From the NCBI GenBank assembly GCA_963535465.1, contig CAUSWF010000007.1:1692-65691 (forward strand): 64,000 nt of DNA, in the 5' to 3' direction. Shown here one piece after another: positions 1-10,284 of this stretch. A program made the translations under genes and the position numbers. This stretch comes from an uncultured Erysipelotrichaceae bacterium. Its GTDB lineage: Bacteria; Bacillota_I; Bacilli_A; RF39; UBA660. Positions within the stretch are counted from its first letter, which is position 1. Each line of letters starts with the position of its first letter. Below the pieces are notes generated by a model. It saw only the letters and a list, made by a program, of their open reading frames with translations. It did not search any database and was not told the DNA's origin.

Positions 1-4
1 TATA

Positions 5-27
5 ACAAAAAAAGGACATATGTCCTT
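5..27 (-). terminator. rho-independent terminator
   Basis: Palindrome AAGGACATATGTCCTT followed by a U-run on the minus RNA. It overlaps the stop codon. Confidence 0.7.
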
Positions 28-1099
28 ATCTATTTTTATTTTTTATACACTTTTCTTTATGTATCTTCATACATTTATATGAAATATCTAGTGTACTATC
101 TTTACTAAGAATTTTAGATATTTCATTCTCATTTTCTATTATTGCCTCATTTGTTTCTGTAGAAGTAAAACCTTTTAAAGCATCTTCATTAAATCTAATA
201 TTTCTCCAGAATAAATATGCAAGTCTTTTACTAAATCTTTTAATATTTTTAGTTTCATTTTCACTTAAATTATCTAACATATCTAAATTTATACTAGTCT
301 TCCCTCCATCAAATTTAAAATATTCTTTTGGAAGATTAGAAAAATAATTAATTACCTGAAACTTTTTCTCAGATTTATCTAAATCAGGTTTTAAATCACT
401 ATGATTATCATCAAATAAACTAATCTTACTAAAAATATGTCCTGTTTTTTCTCTTAATATATTTTCATATTTACTTCTAGAATTATATAAAGCTTGATTA
501 TCATCTATTATATTTTTAGTCTTTTCTCCATAAAAACTATATATATTTTTCTTATATTTATCATACCTTTGCATCGCTTCTACCATATTTCTAAGTGATA
601 AATAATCATTCATATAAAACTTATAATCCGATAAAAAAGCCTCTTGCCCATAAACAGCTCTATCGACATCAAAATTATTTAGAAAATTTTTAGAAAAATT
701 AAATTGGCCCATAGTAAACAATGTTTTAAAATCATAATCTCTTAAATAAGAAACAAATTTATCATATATATTTTTACTAAGCTCTCTATAGTAACTAATA
801 TCTCTTTCACATTTATCTAAAGACTTAATAAAAGATAATTTTTCTAACTTATCATCACTATAACAAATATTATAAAATTTTATCTTATCATCTATAGTAA
901 ATATAAATATATCAGTATTAACATTAATATCATGTTTGCTTTTATCATTTAAATATTTACTAAACTCGCTTTTATCACTAAAACAAGTAGTAAATCTATC
1001 AATATCAGATAATTTAGAAAAACCATCTTTATTTAATTTAATTAATTTAGCATCCCCATTAATTATAAAAGCTACAAAATATTCTTTATTTTTCCCCAT
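26..1099 (-). CDS. hypothetical protein, no recognisable domain
   Basis: Long minus ORF. I trimmed the start to MGKNKEY, which is preceded by GGAGG plus a 7-nt spacer. I recognise no motifs. Confidence 0.5.
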   Translation of the reverse strand: MGKNKEYFVAFIINGDAKLIKLNKDGFSKLSDIDRFTTCFSDKSEFSKYLNDKSKHDINVNTDIFIFTIDDKIKFYNICYSDDKLEKLSFIKSLDKCERDISYYRELSKNIYDKFVSYLRDYDFKTLFTMGQFNFSKNFLNNFDVDRAVYGQEAFLSDYKFYMNDYLSLRNMVEAMQRYDKYKKNIYSFYGEKTKNIIDDNQALYNSRSKYENILREKTGHIFSKISLFDDNHSDLKPDLDKSEKKFQVINYFSNLPKEYFKFDGGKTSINLDMLDNLSENETKNIKRFSKRLAYLFWRNIRFNEDALKGFTSTETNEAIIENENEISKILSKDSTLDISYKCMKIHKEKCIKNKNR

Positions 1100-1140
1100 A
1101 TTAGCCTCCATATTTGCCCATATTATAACATATTTTAATA

Positions 1141-1175
1141 ATAAAAGCAAAAAGTCCTATATATCAAGGACTTTT
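1141..1175 (-). terminator. rho-independent terminator after topA
   Basis: 9-bp stem AAAAGTCCT/AGGACTTTT followed by UGCUUUUAU. It contains the topA stop codon. Confidence 0.65.
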
Positions 1176-3166
1176 TCTTCTCCATTTTTATCTTTTACTA
1201 TTAATTTTTTGTCTTCTACTCTAACAGGTAAATCCCATGTCGCAACTTTACATTTAGGAAAATTATCACATCCATAAAATATTTTACCACGACGAGTAGT
1301 CTTCTCTATAATATTACCACCACAATTAGGACAAACTAAAATAGGTTTTTTCTCAACTACTTCTTTTTCTTCCTTTTTTATATACTTACAAGTAGGATAA
1401 TTACTACAAGCAATAAAATCCCCATATTTGCCATGTCTCTTAACAAGAGGTGAAGAACAATTTGGACATAATTCACCAACTTCTTCATCTTTTTTCTTCT
1501 CCATTGTAGTAAAAGCAGAAGCAATTCTATCTTCAAATAAATTATAAAAATCTTCCAATACTTTATTCCATACAGCATCCCCTGTTGCTACTCTATCTAA
1601 ATCATCTTCCATATTCTTTGTATATTCAACATTTATAATATCAGAAAATGCTTCTTGCAACTTATCAGTCGCAAGTATACCATCACTTGTAGGAATAAAT
1701 ACTTTCTTAACTAAATCAACATATCCTCTACTCTTAATAGTATCTATTATAGTCGCATAAGTACTAGGTCTACCAATACCATCTTCTTCTAAAGTCTTAA
1801 TAAGTTTAGCTTCACTATATCTAGCAGGAGGCTTAGTAAAATGCTGCTCTGGAATAATTTCATTACTCTTATATATCTTATCGATAACTATTTCAGGTAT
1901 CTCTTCCTGATTTTCTTCTTCATAATCTCTATATACTTTTAAATATCCATCAAAAACTACCACACTTCCAACAGTCTTAAATATATAACTATTATTATCA
2001 AATAAGCAAGTAGTCTGTTTTACCTTAGCATCTCCCATTAAAGAAGCTAATACTCTCTTATATATTAAACTATATAATTTAAACTCATCACTCGTTAAAT
2101 ATTTTTTTAAAATATCAGGACTTCTATTTATACTAGTAGGTCTAATACCCTCATGTGCATCTTGTACATTATCTTTATCTTTACCCTTCTTATAATACCC
2201 CAAATATTCTTTACCATATTTATCATTTATATAAGCATAAGTACTTTTAATAAACTCATCACTAAGTCTTACACTATCAGTTCTCATATAAGTAATTAAT
2301 CCAACAACTTCACTACCAATATCAATTCCCTCATATAATTTTTGAGCAATACTCATAGTCTTTTTAGCACTAAAACCAAGTTTAGTAGATGCTTCTTGTT
2401 GTAAAGTAGAAGTAGTAAAAACACTCTTACTATGTCTTTTCTTATCAACACTACTAACATCAATACATTTAAAATTATCATCTATTTTATTTAATACACT
2501 ATCTACATCATCTTTATTATTTAATTTTATTTCTTGTTCTTTATACTTATACAAATCAGCAGAAAAATTATCAAAATTAGCTGTAATAGTCCAATATTCT
2601 TCTTCTTTAAATGCTTCTATTTCTCTTTCTCTATCGACTATTAATTTTAATGCAACACTTTGTACTCTACCAGCACTCTTAACACCAATCTTACTCTGTA
2701 ATAATTTGCTTAATCTAAAACCAATAATTCTATCAAGTATTCTACGAGTCTCCTGACTCTTAACTAAATTATCATCTATCTTACCAGGATTATTAATAGC
2801 TTCTAATACTTTATCATGAGTAATTTCATTAAATTTAACTCTTAAATAATTATCTTCCTTTATTCCTAATGCATCCTTCAAATGCCAAGCAATAGCTTCT
2901 CCCTCTCTATCAGGGTCACTCGCTAAATAAACTATACTGCTATTTTTAACATCTTTTTTAAGTTCCTTAATAACATTACTCTTACCCTTAATAGGAACAT
3001 ATTTAGGAGTAAAACCATTAGAAACATCAACTCCAAGTCCATACTTACCAGTAGTTGCTAAATCTCTAATATGTCCTTTAGAAGATACAACCTTATATTC
3101 ATCCCCCAAATATTTACCAATAGTATGACTCTTACTAGGGCTCTCCACTATAACTAACTTCTTCAT
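1157..3166 (-). CDS. topA: DNA topoisomerase I
   Basis: TOPRIM N-terminus VIVESPSK and DPDREGE. Active-site Tyr context TYMRTDS. C-terminal CxxC zinc ribbons (CPNC..CSNYPTC, CPNCGG..CDNFPKC). Confidence 0.95.
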   Translation of the reverse strand: MKKLVIVESPSKSHTIGKYLGDEYKVVSSKGHIRDLATTGKYGLGVDVSNGFTPKYVPIKGKSNVIKELKKDVKNSSIVYLASDPDREGEAIAWHLKDALGIKEDNYLRVKFNEITHDKVLEAINNPGKIDDNLVKSQETRRILDRIIGFRLSKLLQSKIGVKSAGRVQSVALKLIVDREREIEAFKEEEYWTITANFDNFSADLYKYKEQEIKLNNKDDVDSVLNKIDDNFKCIDVSSVDKKRHSKSVFTTSTLQQEASTKLGFSAKKTMSIAQKLYEGIDIGSEVVGLITYMRTDSVRLSDEFIKSTYAYINDKYGKEYLGYYKKGKDKDNVQDAHEGIRPTSINRSPDILKKYLTSDEFKLYSLIYKRVLASLMGDAKVKQTTCLFDNNSYIFKTVGSVVVFDGYLKVYRDYEEENQEEIPEIVIDKIYKSNEIIPEQHFTKPPARYSEAKLIKTLEEDGIGRPSTYATIIDTIKSRGYVDLVKKVFIPTSDGILATDKLQEAFSDIINVEYTKNMEDDLDRVATGDAVWNKVLEDFYNLFEDRIASAFTTMEKKKDEEVGELCPNCSSPLVKRHGKYGDFIACSNYPTCKYIKKEEKEVVEKKPILVCPNCGGNIIEKTTRRGKIFYGCDNFPKCKVATWDLPVRVEDKKLIVKDKNGEEKVLDI

Positions 3167-3167
3167 A

Positions 3168-4016
3168 TTACTTCTCCTTATCTAAATAACTCTTAACAGG
3201 ACCATAACTTCTCCTATGACAATCTAATATACCATACTCTTCTATTGCTTTAATATGATCTTTCGTAGGATATCCTTTATTATTTTTAAAATTATACATA
3301 GGATACTTCTTATCTAGTTCATACATATCCCTATCTCTTGTAACTTTCGCAATAATAGATGCCGCACTAATACTAATAGATAATAAATCACCTTTAACTA
3401 TACTAGTACTAGGAATATCTATATCTAATTTCATCGCATCAATTAAAACATGTTCAATCTTACACTTAGTAAGACAATCATCAATTGCTCTTTTCATAGC
3501 TATCTTAGTAGCCTCATATATATTATACTTATCAACCTCAATACTACTACATCTACCAATACCAATACCTAAAGCATTATTACAAATTATATCATAATAA
3601 TAATTTCTCTTCTCTTCACTTAATTTCTTACTATCCGTTAAACCGTCTATTTTAAATGATTTAGGTAAAACAACACAACTACAAACTACATCTCCAATTA
3701 AAGGACCACGTCCAACTTCATCTACTCCAGCAATATAATTAATACCAATACCTTCTAACTCATCTTCATAACTTCTATTATTATCTTTCCTAATAAATAC
3801 ATTAATCTTATTAATTAAACTTTTACTCTTAATAGTATTAATTAAACTATCTAATGACTCAACTCTATATCCATCTATATTATCATAAGAATAATTATTA
3901 TCACTAACACATATTGAAGAACACTCTTTAATTACTCCATGCATAACTAAAGCAGCTTCTCCTATAATAATACCATCCTCTTTTATTATTTCTTTTTCTA
4001 TTTCAAATTTATCCAT
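3168..4016 (-). CDS. rnhB: ribonuclease HII with about 95-aa N-terminal extension
   Basis: GVDEVGRGPL catalytic motif and the conserved rbgA-rnhB neighbourhood. Confidence 0.9.
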   Translation of the reverse strand: MDKFEIEKEIIKEDGIIIGEAALVMHGVIKECSSICVSDNNYSYDNIDGYRVESLDSLINTIKSKSLINKINVFIRKDNNRSYEDELEGIGINYIAGVDEVGRGPLIGDVVCSCVVLPKSFKIDGLTDSKKLSEEKRNYYYDIICNNALGIGIGRCSSIEVDKYNIYEATKIAMKRAIDDCLTKCKIEHVLIDAMKLDIDIPSTSIVKGDLLSISISAASIIAKVTRDRDMYELDKKYPMYNFKNNKGYPTKDHIKAIEEYGILDCHRRSYGPVKSYLDKEK

Positions 4017-4079
4017 ATTTTAATTATTAACTTAAAATAAATAAAAATCAAGTCTTAATAAAAAAATAGAAAATAATTT

Positions 4080-4934
4080 CTATTTTAATCTATCAAAAGT
4101 AACCTTACCAATTCTACCTTCTTGTAAATCTTTAATAACTATAGTCGCAACTTTTAAATAATCTGCAACTCCTCCTCTTTGTAATGCCCCACGTAATCTA
4201 CCAATAACTTCAAACTCTTCTTCTAAAGTATCAGTAAGAGAATCTATCCCATATCTTTCTTTTAATAAATCAGGATATAACTCTTCTAATTTACGAAGTA
4301 TATAAACTGCTACATCAATAGGTCTAGCAACTTCTTCTTTAATAGACGAAAAAGAAGCAAGAATATATCCTCTATCATAATCTTTAATCTTAGACCATAA
4401 AATACCAGGAGTATCAAGTAGTTCTACATCTTTATTAATTCTAATCCAAGACAAACTCTTAGTAACACCAGGCTTATTACCAACATTAACACTACGTCTT
4501 CCAACTAATCTATTAATTAAAGTACTCTTACCAACATTAGGTGCACCAATTATAGCAACACGAGCTGGTCTTTCTTGCATACCCTTTAATTTTCTCTTAT
4601 CATTTTCTTCCTTCATCAATTTAACAGTTTCATTAATAACTATACTAACATCACCCTTAAGTAAATCAAGAGGAATAACTATACTATTATTCTTATAACT
4701 ATTAATTATCTTATCAGTCTCTTCTTTATCACATAAGTCATACTTAGTTAAAATAATAATCTTCTTTTTATTCTTAGTAATATCGTTAACATCCTCTAAT
4801 CTAGAACTAATAGGCATTCTAGCATCTATTACTTCATACACAATATCTATTAAATCTAACTTCTCTCGTATCTCCCTCTTAGTCTTAGCCATATGACCAG
4901 GATACCAATTTATATTAGTTTTATTTTCATTCAT
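4080..4934 (-). CDS. rbgA: ribosome biogenesis GTPase A (YlqF/RbgA)
   Basis: INWYPGHMAK hallmark. Circularly permuted G motifs (TKYD, GAPNVGKSTLIN, DTPG). Start trimmed to MNENK, preceded by AAGGAG. Confidence 0.9.
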   Translation of the reverse strand: MNENKTNINWYPGHMAKTKREIREKLDLIDIVYEVIDARMPISSRLEDVNDITKNKKKIIILTKYDLCDKEETDKIINSYKNNSIVIPLDLLKGDVSIVINETVKLMKEENDKRKLKGMQERPARVAIIGAPNVGKSTLINRLVGRRSVNVGNKPGVTKSLSWIRINKDVELLDTPGILWSKIKDYDRGYILASFSSIKEEVARPIDVAVYILRKLEELYPDLLKERYGIDSLTDTLEEEFEVIGRLRGALQRGGVADYLKVATIVIKDLQEGRIGKVTFDRLK

Positions 4935-5009
4935 TTGGATCAACTCCTTTATTTTAAAGTGTTCAAATATGAACATTTTTTTAATTCAGTCGAAATCGAC
5001 GGGTTATAA

Positions 5010-6002
5010 TTATTTGTTTTCATATTCACTATTCGGTAATGATTTCATTAACAAATCAAAATCACTTTTAAGTTCTTTCATTTCTCTTTCTCTATATAAT
5101 TGAAATTCTTTTTCTGCTTTTTTAATTGCTTCTTCATGCGATATTTTACCATTACCTTCAAGTATTTTTCTTCGATTTAATAATATTTGATTATCAAGTT
5201 CTTCAATCCAATCATTCATTTTCATAGTTCTTTGTTCTAATGCTTGTAATTCTGCAAAATCCAAGAATTGAGATACTAATAAGTTTAATCTTTGAAGCTC
5301 AATTTCAGATAAATAATTCTTTGCAATTTTAACATCATCAATAGTTACATAATTACCTTTAAAATTAGTCATACCAACATATGGCTTTCCATTGTCTACC
5401 CTATTATATATTAATTCAGCAGCTGTTTGTTCATGTACTGCATAATGAAGTTTATTTTGAACTGTAGCAAAGAACTTTTTAGTTATTTCACTTCTAGGAT
5501 CATAGTCTATACTAGTTGCATATATATCAGTTACTTGTTGGTAAAAATTCCTTTCACTAGAACGAATATCTCTAATTCTTTGAAGCAATTCTTTGAAATA
5601 TCTATTACCACCTTGTTTTAATCTACTATCGTCCATAGTAAAACCTTTTTGTATGTATTCATGTAATCTTGTAGTAGCCCAAATTCTAAACCTTACAGCT
5701 ACATCAGATTGAACTCTATATCCTAGGGCAATTATCATATCTAAATTATAATGAGCAATATTTCTTTTTACTTCTCTATTGCCTTCATTTTGAACCTGCA
5801 AGAATTTCTTGCAAGTTGAATTAGGTAATTCATTATCTTCATAAATATTATTAATATGTTGTTCAATATTTTGTCTTGTAGTTTTATAAATGTCTGCGAG
5901 TTGATATTTTGTTAACCATACATCTTCATCTATAAATTTGACATCAACTCTAGTTAATCCATCTTTATCTTCATATATTAATATTTCATTTTTATTATCC
6001 AT
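5010..6002 (-). CDS. RhuM-family (virulence protein RhuM-like) DNA-binding protein
   Basis: Family-typical N-terminus (IYEDKDG..VDV....VWLT..Q.A..) and HYNLDMIIALGYRVQS..A..FR.WAT block. RBS GGAGGG. Confidence 0.7.
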   Translation of the reverse strand: MDNKNEILIYEDKDGLTRVDVKFIDEDVWLTKYQLADIYKTTRQNIEQHINNIYEDNELPNSTCKKFLQVQNEGNREVKRNIAHYNLDMIIALGYRVQSDVAVRFRIWATTRLHEYIQKGFTMDDSRLKQGGNRYFKELLQRIRDIRSSERNFYQQVTDIYATSIDYDPRSEITKKFFATVQNKLHYAVHEQTAAELIYNRVDNGKPYVGMTNFKGNYVTIDDVKIAKNYLSEIELQRLNLLVSQFLDFAELQALEQRTMKMNDWIEELDNQILLNRRKILEGNGKISHEEAIKKAEKEFQLYREREMKELKSDFDLLMKSLPNSEYENK

Positions 6003-6020
6003 AATTACCCTCCTTTACCG

Positions 6021-6470
6021 TTATTCAATATCATTTCTTCTTATAAAATCATTATATACCCAATCCGGAGCATAATCTAAAATATATGAAAGTTCATCAA
6101 TCAATTCTTTTTTAGTTAATGATTTAATATAACTTTGTGTTTTATTATATAACTTTTCTTGATAATCTTCATATTCTTCTTGTAATCTTTCTTGTTCTTC
6201 CTCAAAGTCTTTTGCTTCTTCTGGAAATGCAGTAAAAAATGTTGCTACTATATGTTTACATACTATTCTTTTTCCATTTGCAAGCGGACAAGTACAAGTG
6301 GACCTTCTAGGATGTGATACATCTAAATAAATATCATAATTATTAGTTCCTATTGCTGTACTAGTAAATTCATAATCATTTATTTTTTTTAAATTTTTTA
6401 TTTTCTTATTTTTATAATAATCTAATCCTCTCCAGCAAGAAGCTCCACTTGCAGATGAAACTATTCCCAT
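6021..6470 (-). CDS. SWIM zinc-finger protein
   Basis: CxCx(n)CxH signature CTCPLANGKRIVCKH. Start trimmed to MGIVSS, preceded by AAGAGGT. It ends 18 nt upstream of the RhuM gene. Confidence 0.65.
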   Translation of the reverse strand: MGIVSSASGASCWRGLDYYKNKKIKNLKKINDYEFTSTAIGTNNYDIYLDVSHPRRSTCTCPLANGKRIVCKHIVATFFTAFPEEAKDFEEEQERLQEEYEDYQEKLYNKTQSYIKSLTKKELIDELSYILDYAPDWVYNDFIRRNDIE

Positions 6471-6616
6471 TTTATTACCTCTTTTCATTTGGTCTTGACT
6501 ATCCGTTATCACCATATCAATTACTAAGCGTTTTTACTTAAAATAACCTATTTTTTGCTAATTTTTATCTATTTTAACATATTTTCATACTAAAACTTCA
6601 TTCTATTTTTTCTATA

Positions 6617-7408
6617 TTATATTTTATCAAAACTTTCAGAAACTAATTTTTCAACATTTATGTCTTCATTTTGACAAATTTTATTTGAAATATATGTAAG
6701 ATATTCGATATTTCCATCTCCGCCCCTAATTGGAGATGTAGTTAATTTTTTTAAATAAAATCCTTTTTCATTAAAATAACTTATTAAAGAGTTAATTATA
6801 TTGATATGGATATTTTTGTTCAATATTATACCCTTATATTTAGTAGCAATTTCTTTTCCACATTCAAATTGAGGCTTGATTAAACATATTATATCTATTT
6901 TTATTTTTTCCAAATAGATTTTATCTATAATTTGCTTTAAAGAGATAAATGATACATCACAAACTATAGCATCTAAATTACTAAAATATTTACTCTCCAA
7001 ATCTTTAAAATTAGTTTTTTCATGTAAATCGATTAATTTATTATTTCTTAATGATTCATGTAACAAATTTGTTCCTACATCTATAGCAATTATTGAGGCA
7101 ACACCATGTTGAATTGCACAATCACAAAATCCACCAGTACTTGATCCAATGTCCATTATTTTTAGTCCTGTCATATCTATATTGAATTCGTTAATTGCGT
7201 GTTCAAGTTTTAAACCGCCTCTAGATACATACTTTAATTTATCATTTTCTTTTATATTTATTTTATCTTCAGCAGAAACTAAATAATTCATCTTTTCTAC
7301 TATTTTTCCATTACATAAAACTAAATTTGCTTTTATTAATTCTTGTGCTTTAGCTCTAGACGGTGCTAAATTTCTAATAAACAATTCTTTATCTATTCGA
7401 TTGGCCAT
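6617..7408 (-). CDS. tlyA: TlyA-family rRNA 2'-O-methyltransferase (hemolysin A-like)
   Basis: N-terminal S4 domain plus FtsJ-like SAM motif DIGSSTGGFCDC. RBS AAGGAGG. Confidence 0.85.
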   Translation of the reverse strand: MANRIDKELFIRNLAPSRAKAQELIKANLVLCNGKIVEKMNYLVSAEDKINIKENDKLKYVSRGGLKLEHAINEFNIDMTGLKIMDIGSSTGGFCDCAIQHGVASIIAIDVGTNLLHESLRNNKLIDLHEKTNFKDLESKYFSNLDAIVCDVSFISLKQIIDKIYLEKIKIDIICLIKPQFECGKEIATKYKGIILNKNIHINIINSLISYFNEKGFYLKKLTTSPIRGGDGNIEYLTYISNKICQNEDINVEKLVSESFDKI

Positions 7409-7511
7409 ATCAAAATACCTCCTTACTTAATAATATAGTTTATTTATTATTTCATCTGTTATTTTTTTGAGATTCAATGTAATTACTCAATAGCTGTTTT
7501 ACTCTTATATT

Positions 7512-7793
7512 TTATGAGAGTTTTACAGCAATAATTGCATACAAATTATAAAAACCTGTTAGATATTTCTTGCCATCAGAGGCAGTTACTCTAATTTTTT
7601 GAGTAACTGAATTTTTATCCAATTCATTCGAATCAAAAACATTTTGCAAATGATATGTTATATTATTTTCTCTTACTCCAAATAAGGTTGCCATACTTTT
7701 TTGAGTAAGCCATATTGTTTCATCTTTTAATATAACATCAATATTTGCTTTTCCATCCTCTGTTTCATATAAAACTATATTACTCTCTTTCAT
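7512..7793 (-). pseudogene. truncated RhuM-family N-terminal remnant (93 codons)
   Basis: Aligns residue for residue with the first ~93 aa of the 5010-6002 protein (LYETEDGKANIDV..IWLTQ..NELDKNS..FYNL.AII). It stops just where the GYRV core should begin. Confidence 0.55.
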
Positions 7794-7881
7794 ATATACA
7801 CTTTCTCTCTATCGATATAAGATGTGTTAGATTGTTACAAGTCAATACCCTAATCCCTCTCAAAAATGAGTATATTTTAAA

Positions 7882-8589
7882 CTAATCTCTTCTCTTAATA
7901 CTATCCAACTCATCTTTACTTAATTCTCTAATCATTCCTAATTTTAAATCATCAGGTAGCAGCAATCTACCTATACCTATTCTATTTAATTCAACAACCT
8001 TTGCTTTATAGCATCCAAACATCCTTTTAATTTGATGATATCTTCCTTCAGTAAGAATAACTTCAGCTAAATACTTATCTTTAATTTTTAATATAGCAGA
8101 CTTACAGTCTCCATCATTTAATCTAACTCCATTTTTAAATCCTTCTACCATATCAGTAGTTAATGGTATATCAATTATAACCTCATATGTCTTAGAAACA
8201 TGCTTTTTAGGAGATAAAATATCATGAGCAAATACTCCATCATCTGTAATAATCATAAGTCCAGTAGTATCTTTATCAAGTCTTCCAGCAGGAAATAAAT
8301 TTCTCTTTCTATATTCTTCTGGTACCAATTCTAATACACTTTTCTCATTAACTCTCTCAGTAGTAGAAACATAACCCTTAGGTTTATTTAATATCAAATA
8401 AATATTTTTCTTAACTCCAATAATTTCATTATTAATTTTAATAATTATATCATCTTCTTCACATTTTAAATCAGACTTATCTATTATTTTATCATTAACT
8501 AATACTAATTTCTTAGAAACTAAATTTTTAATCTCTTTTCTACTATAATTAGTCTGTTCAGAGATTATTCTATCAATTCTCTTAATCAT
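7882..8589 (-). CDS. RsuA/RluB-family rRNA pseudouridine synthase
   Basis: S4 N-terminus and catalytic motif AGRLDKDTTGLMIIT. Confidence 0.85.
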   Translation of the reverse strand: MIKRIDRIISEQTNYSRKEIKNLVSKKLVLVNDKIIDKSDLKCEEDDIIIKINNEIIGVKKNIYLILNKPKGYVSTTERVNEKSVLELVPEEYRKRNLFPAGRLDKDTTGLMIITDDGVFAHDILSPKKHVSKTYEVIIDIPLTTDMVEGFKNGVRLNDGDCKSAILKIKDKYLAEVILTEGRYHQIKRMFGCYKAKVVELNRIGIGRLLLPDDLKLGMIRELSKDELDSIKRRD

Positions 8590-8673
8590 TATTACCTCCT
8601 AACACTTATATATATTATATACTTTATTAATAACATTACAAAATAAAAGATTAACTATAAAGTTAATCTAATT

Positions 8674-9630
8674 TTAATACTTATAAAATCCTTCTTTTAC
8701 TGATTTACCTAACTTACCTTCAGCAATATACTTATCAAGTATTTTAAGCATTCCTTTAAAATTATATGGAAGCATCATCTTCTTAAGTAGTGGGCTAAAT
8801 ATTCCAGGTACCTTCTTATATTGTTCAACTACATTTTTAACAGTATTTAAACCAATATTATCCATTATTTCAAATGGTCCCTTTGGAGCTCCTGTTCCAA
8901 TCTTCCAAGCTCTATCTATACTTTCAGGATCAGATATTCCATTTGCCATTAAATCAAATCCACTAATTAAAAATGGTACTAACATAGAATTTAATAAATA
9001 ACCATTTTTTTCCTTATTAACCGGTAAAGCAATCATTCTAATACTATTAGAAAAATCAATTACTTCATCAAAATATTTCTTATTAGTTCCATCATGCATC
9101 ATAACTTCAGCAATATTTTTATCCCAAATATTATTCGCAAAATGTAGTGATAAGAACTTCTCACTTCTTCCTGTATATTTAGCAAATCTAGATGGAAGCA
9201 AAGTAGAAGAATTTGTAACAAGTACAGTCTTATCATCTAAATAAGGAGCTAACTTTTTATAAAATTCTATCTTTTCCTTCTCATTCTCGGCCATAGCTTC
9301 AATCACTAAATCAGCACCCTCTACCGCTTTTTTCATATCTACTTCTAATTTAATTGAATTATATGCAGTATTAACTTTATCAATACACTCTTTATAATTA
9401 AAATCATCTTTATCAGAAAGTCCTAAAGCCCAATGACCATTATTCTTATTCATTTCCTTTAATGTATCTTCATATATCTTTTTTAAATTATCTAGTTTAG
9501 GTTGAGTACGAGTCTTACTATCTTCACTTCTAAGCCATATAGTAACATCGTATCCACAGTAAGCTGATTGAAAAGCTATTTGACTTCCTAAAACTCCTCC
9601 ACCTGCAACTACTATTTTTTTATATTTCAT
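8674..9630 (-). CDS. 3-hydroxyacyl-CoA dehydrogenase family protein
   Basis: Rossmann motif VAGGGVLGSQIA at the N-terminus. Length and layout fit the HADH family. No other beta-oxidation or butyrate genes are nearby. Confidence 0.6.
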   Translation of the reverse strand: MKYKKIVVAGGGVLGSQIAFQSAYCGYDVTIWLRSEDSKTRTQPKLDNLKKIYEDTLKEMNKNNGHWALGLSDKDDFNYKECIDKVNTAYNSIKLEVDMKKAVEGADLVIEAMAENEKEKIEFYKKLAPYLDDKTVLVTNSSTLLPSRFAKYTGRSEKFLSLHFANNIWDKNIAEVMMHDGTNKKYFDEVIDFSNSIRMIALPVNKEKNGYLLNSMLVPFLISGFDLMANGISDPESIDRAWKIGTGAPKGPFEIMDNIGLNTVKNVVEQYKKVPGIFSPLLKKMMLPYNFKGMLKILDKYIAEGKLGKSVKEGFYKY

Positions 9631-9735
9631 TATTCCTCCTCGTACATCTAAAATAATATTATTTTATTTGTACTATCTAATTTTATCACAATTATTAGAA
9701 AATATTAATAATAGGTATTTCTCTTAAAATATTTA

Positions 9736-10233
9736 TTATTTACTATTTTTCTTTCTAATAGGAAGACATCTATTTACATTATCACAATATTTTATATATT
9801 TCTTTCCATATTTCTTAGTTAACCATTTCTCTTCTGTATTAATAACAAGTATAGTCAAGAATAAATAATATAATATTGGTAAAAACATAAGATAAAAATT
9901 ATTTATAAAAAACAAAACTCCAGTACAAATAAACATAAATGATACATATATAGGATTTCTAGTATAAGAATATATTCCTGTAGTTACTAATTTATTATCA
10001 ACTATATTTTTATCTATCTTAGAACTAATCGCAGCCTGATACCATAAATATATACCAATAATTATAGAAATAAATCCTAAAAATATATAATAAATCCTTA
10101 AAATCAAATTATTACACTCATCCTTTGGTATTACTCCTTTAATAGATAAAATAACTCCCACTATAGTAACTATTACTATAGTAAATACATATATTGGTCC
10201 AACTCCCAAAACTGGTAAATGCCTCTTTTTCAT
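9736..10233 (-). CDS. isoprenylcysteine carboxyl / phospholipid methyltransferase-family membrane protein
   Basis: Multi-TM protein with TTGIYSYTRNPIYVSFM (RNPxY) motif. Confidence 0.6.
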   Translation of the reverse strand: MKKRHLPVLGVGPIYVFTIVIVTIVGVILSIKGVIPKDECNNLILRIYYIFLGFISIIIGIYLWYQAAISSKIDKNIVDNKLVTTGIYSYTRNPIYVSFMFICTGVLFFINNFYLMFLPILYYLFLTILVINTEEKWLTKKYGKKYIKYCDNVNRCLPIRKKNSK

Positions 10234-10261
10234 AAATCCTCCTACTATCTAAATTATAGCA

Positions 10262-10284
10262 CAAAAAAACTCTAAAAAGAGTTT
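10262..10284 (-). terminator. terminator after pht-like gene
   Basis: AAACTCT-TTTT-AGAGTTT followed by a U-run. Confidence 0.6.

Noticed and set aside
936-1277. Plus-strand ORFs in the track: 936-1277, 5427-5621, 25385-25645, 26897-27109, 27732-27989, 31464-31757, 32673-32873, 47634-47840, 48419-48733, 48702-48893, 49073-49309 and 51627-51851.
   Set aside because: Each lies antisense inside a minus-strand gene with strong family motifs or an RBS. Their products are low-complexity I/L/F/S/N-rich strings, as expected from AT-rich antisense frames. None has a convincing RBS.
1378-1578. Short minus-strand ORFs nested out of frame in larger genes: 1378-1578 in topA, 16538-16744 in the Lys-rich gene, and 40972-41184 in the 165-aa gene.
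   Set aside because: They overlap well-supported longer frames and translate to repetitive hydrophobic or basic low-complexity sequence.
4985-5005. Relatively GC-rich hairpin GTCGAAATCGAC between the RhuM gene and rbgA, as a possible terminator.
   Set aside because: It has only a 5-bp stem and no U-run on the minus-strand RNA, which is too weak to call.
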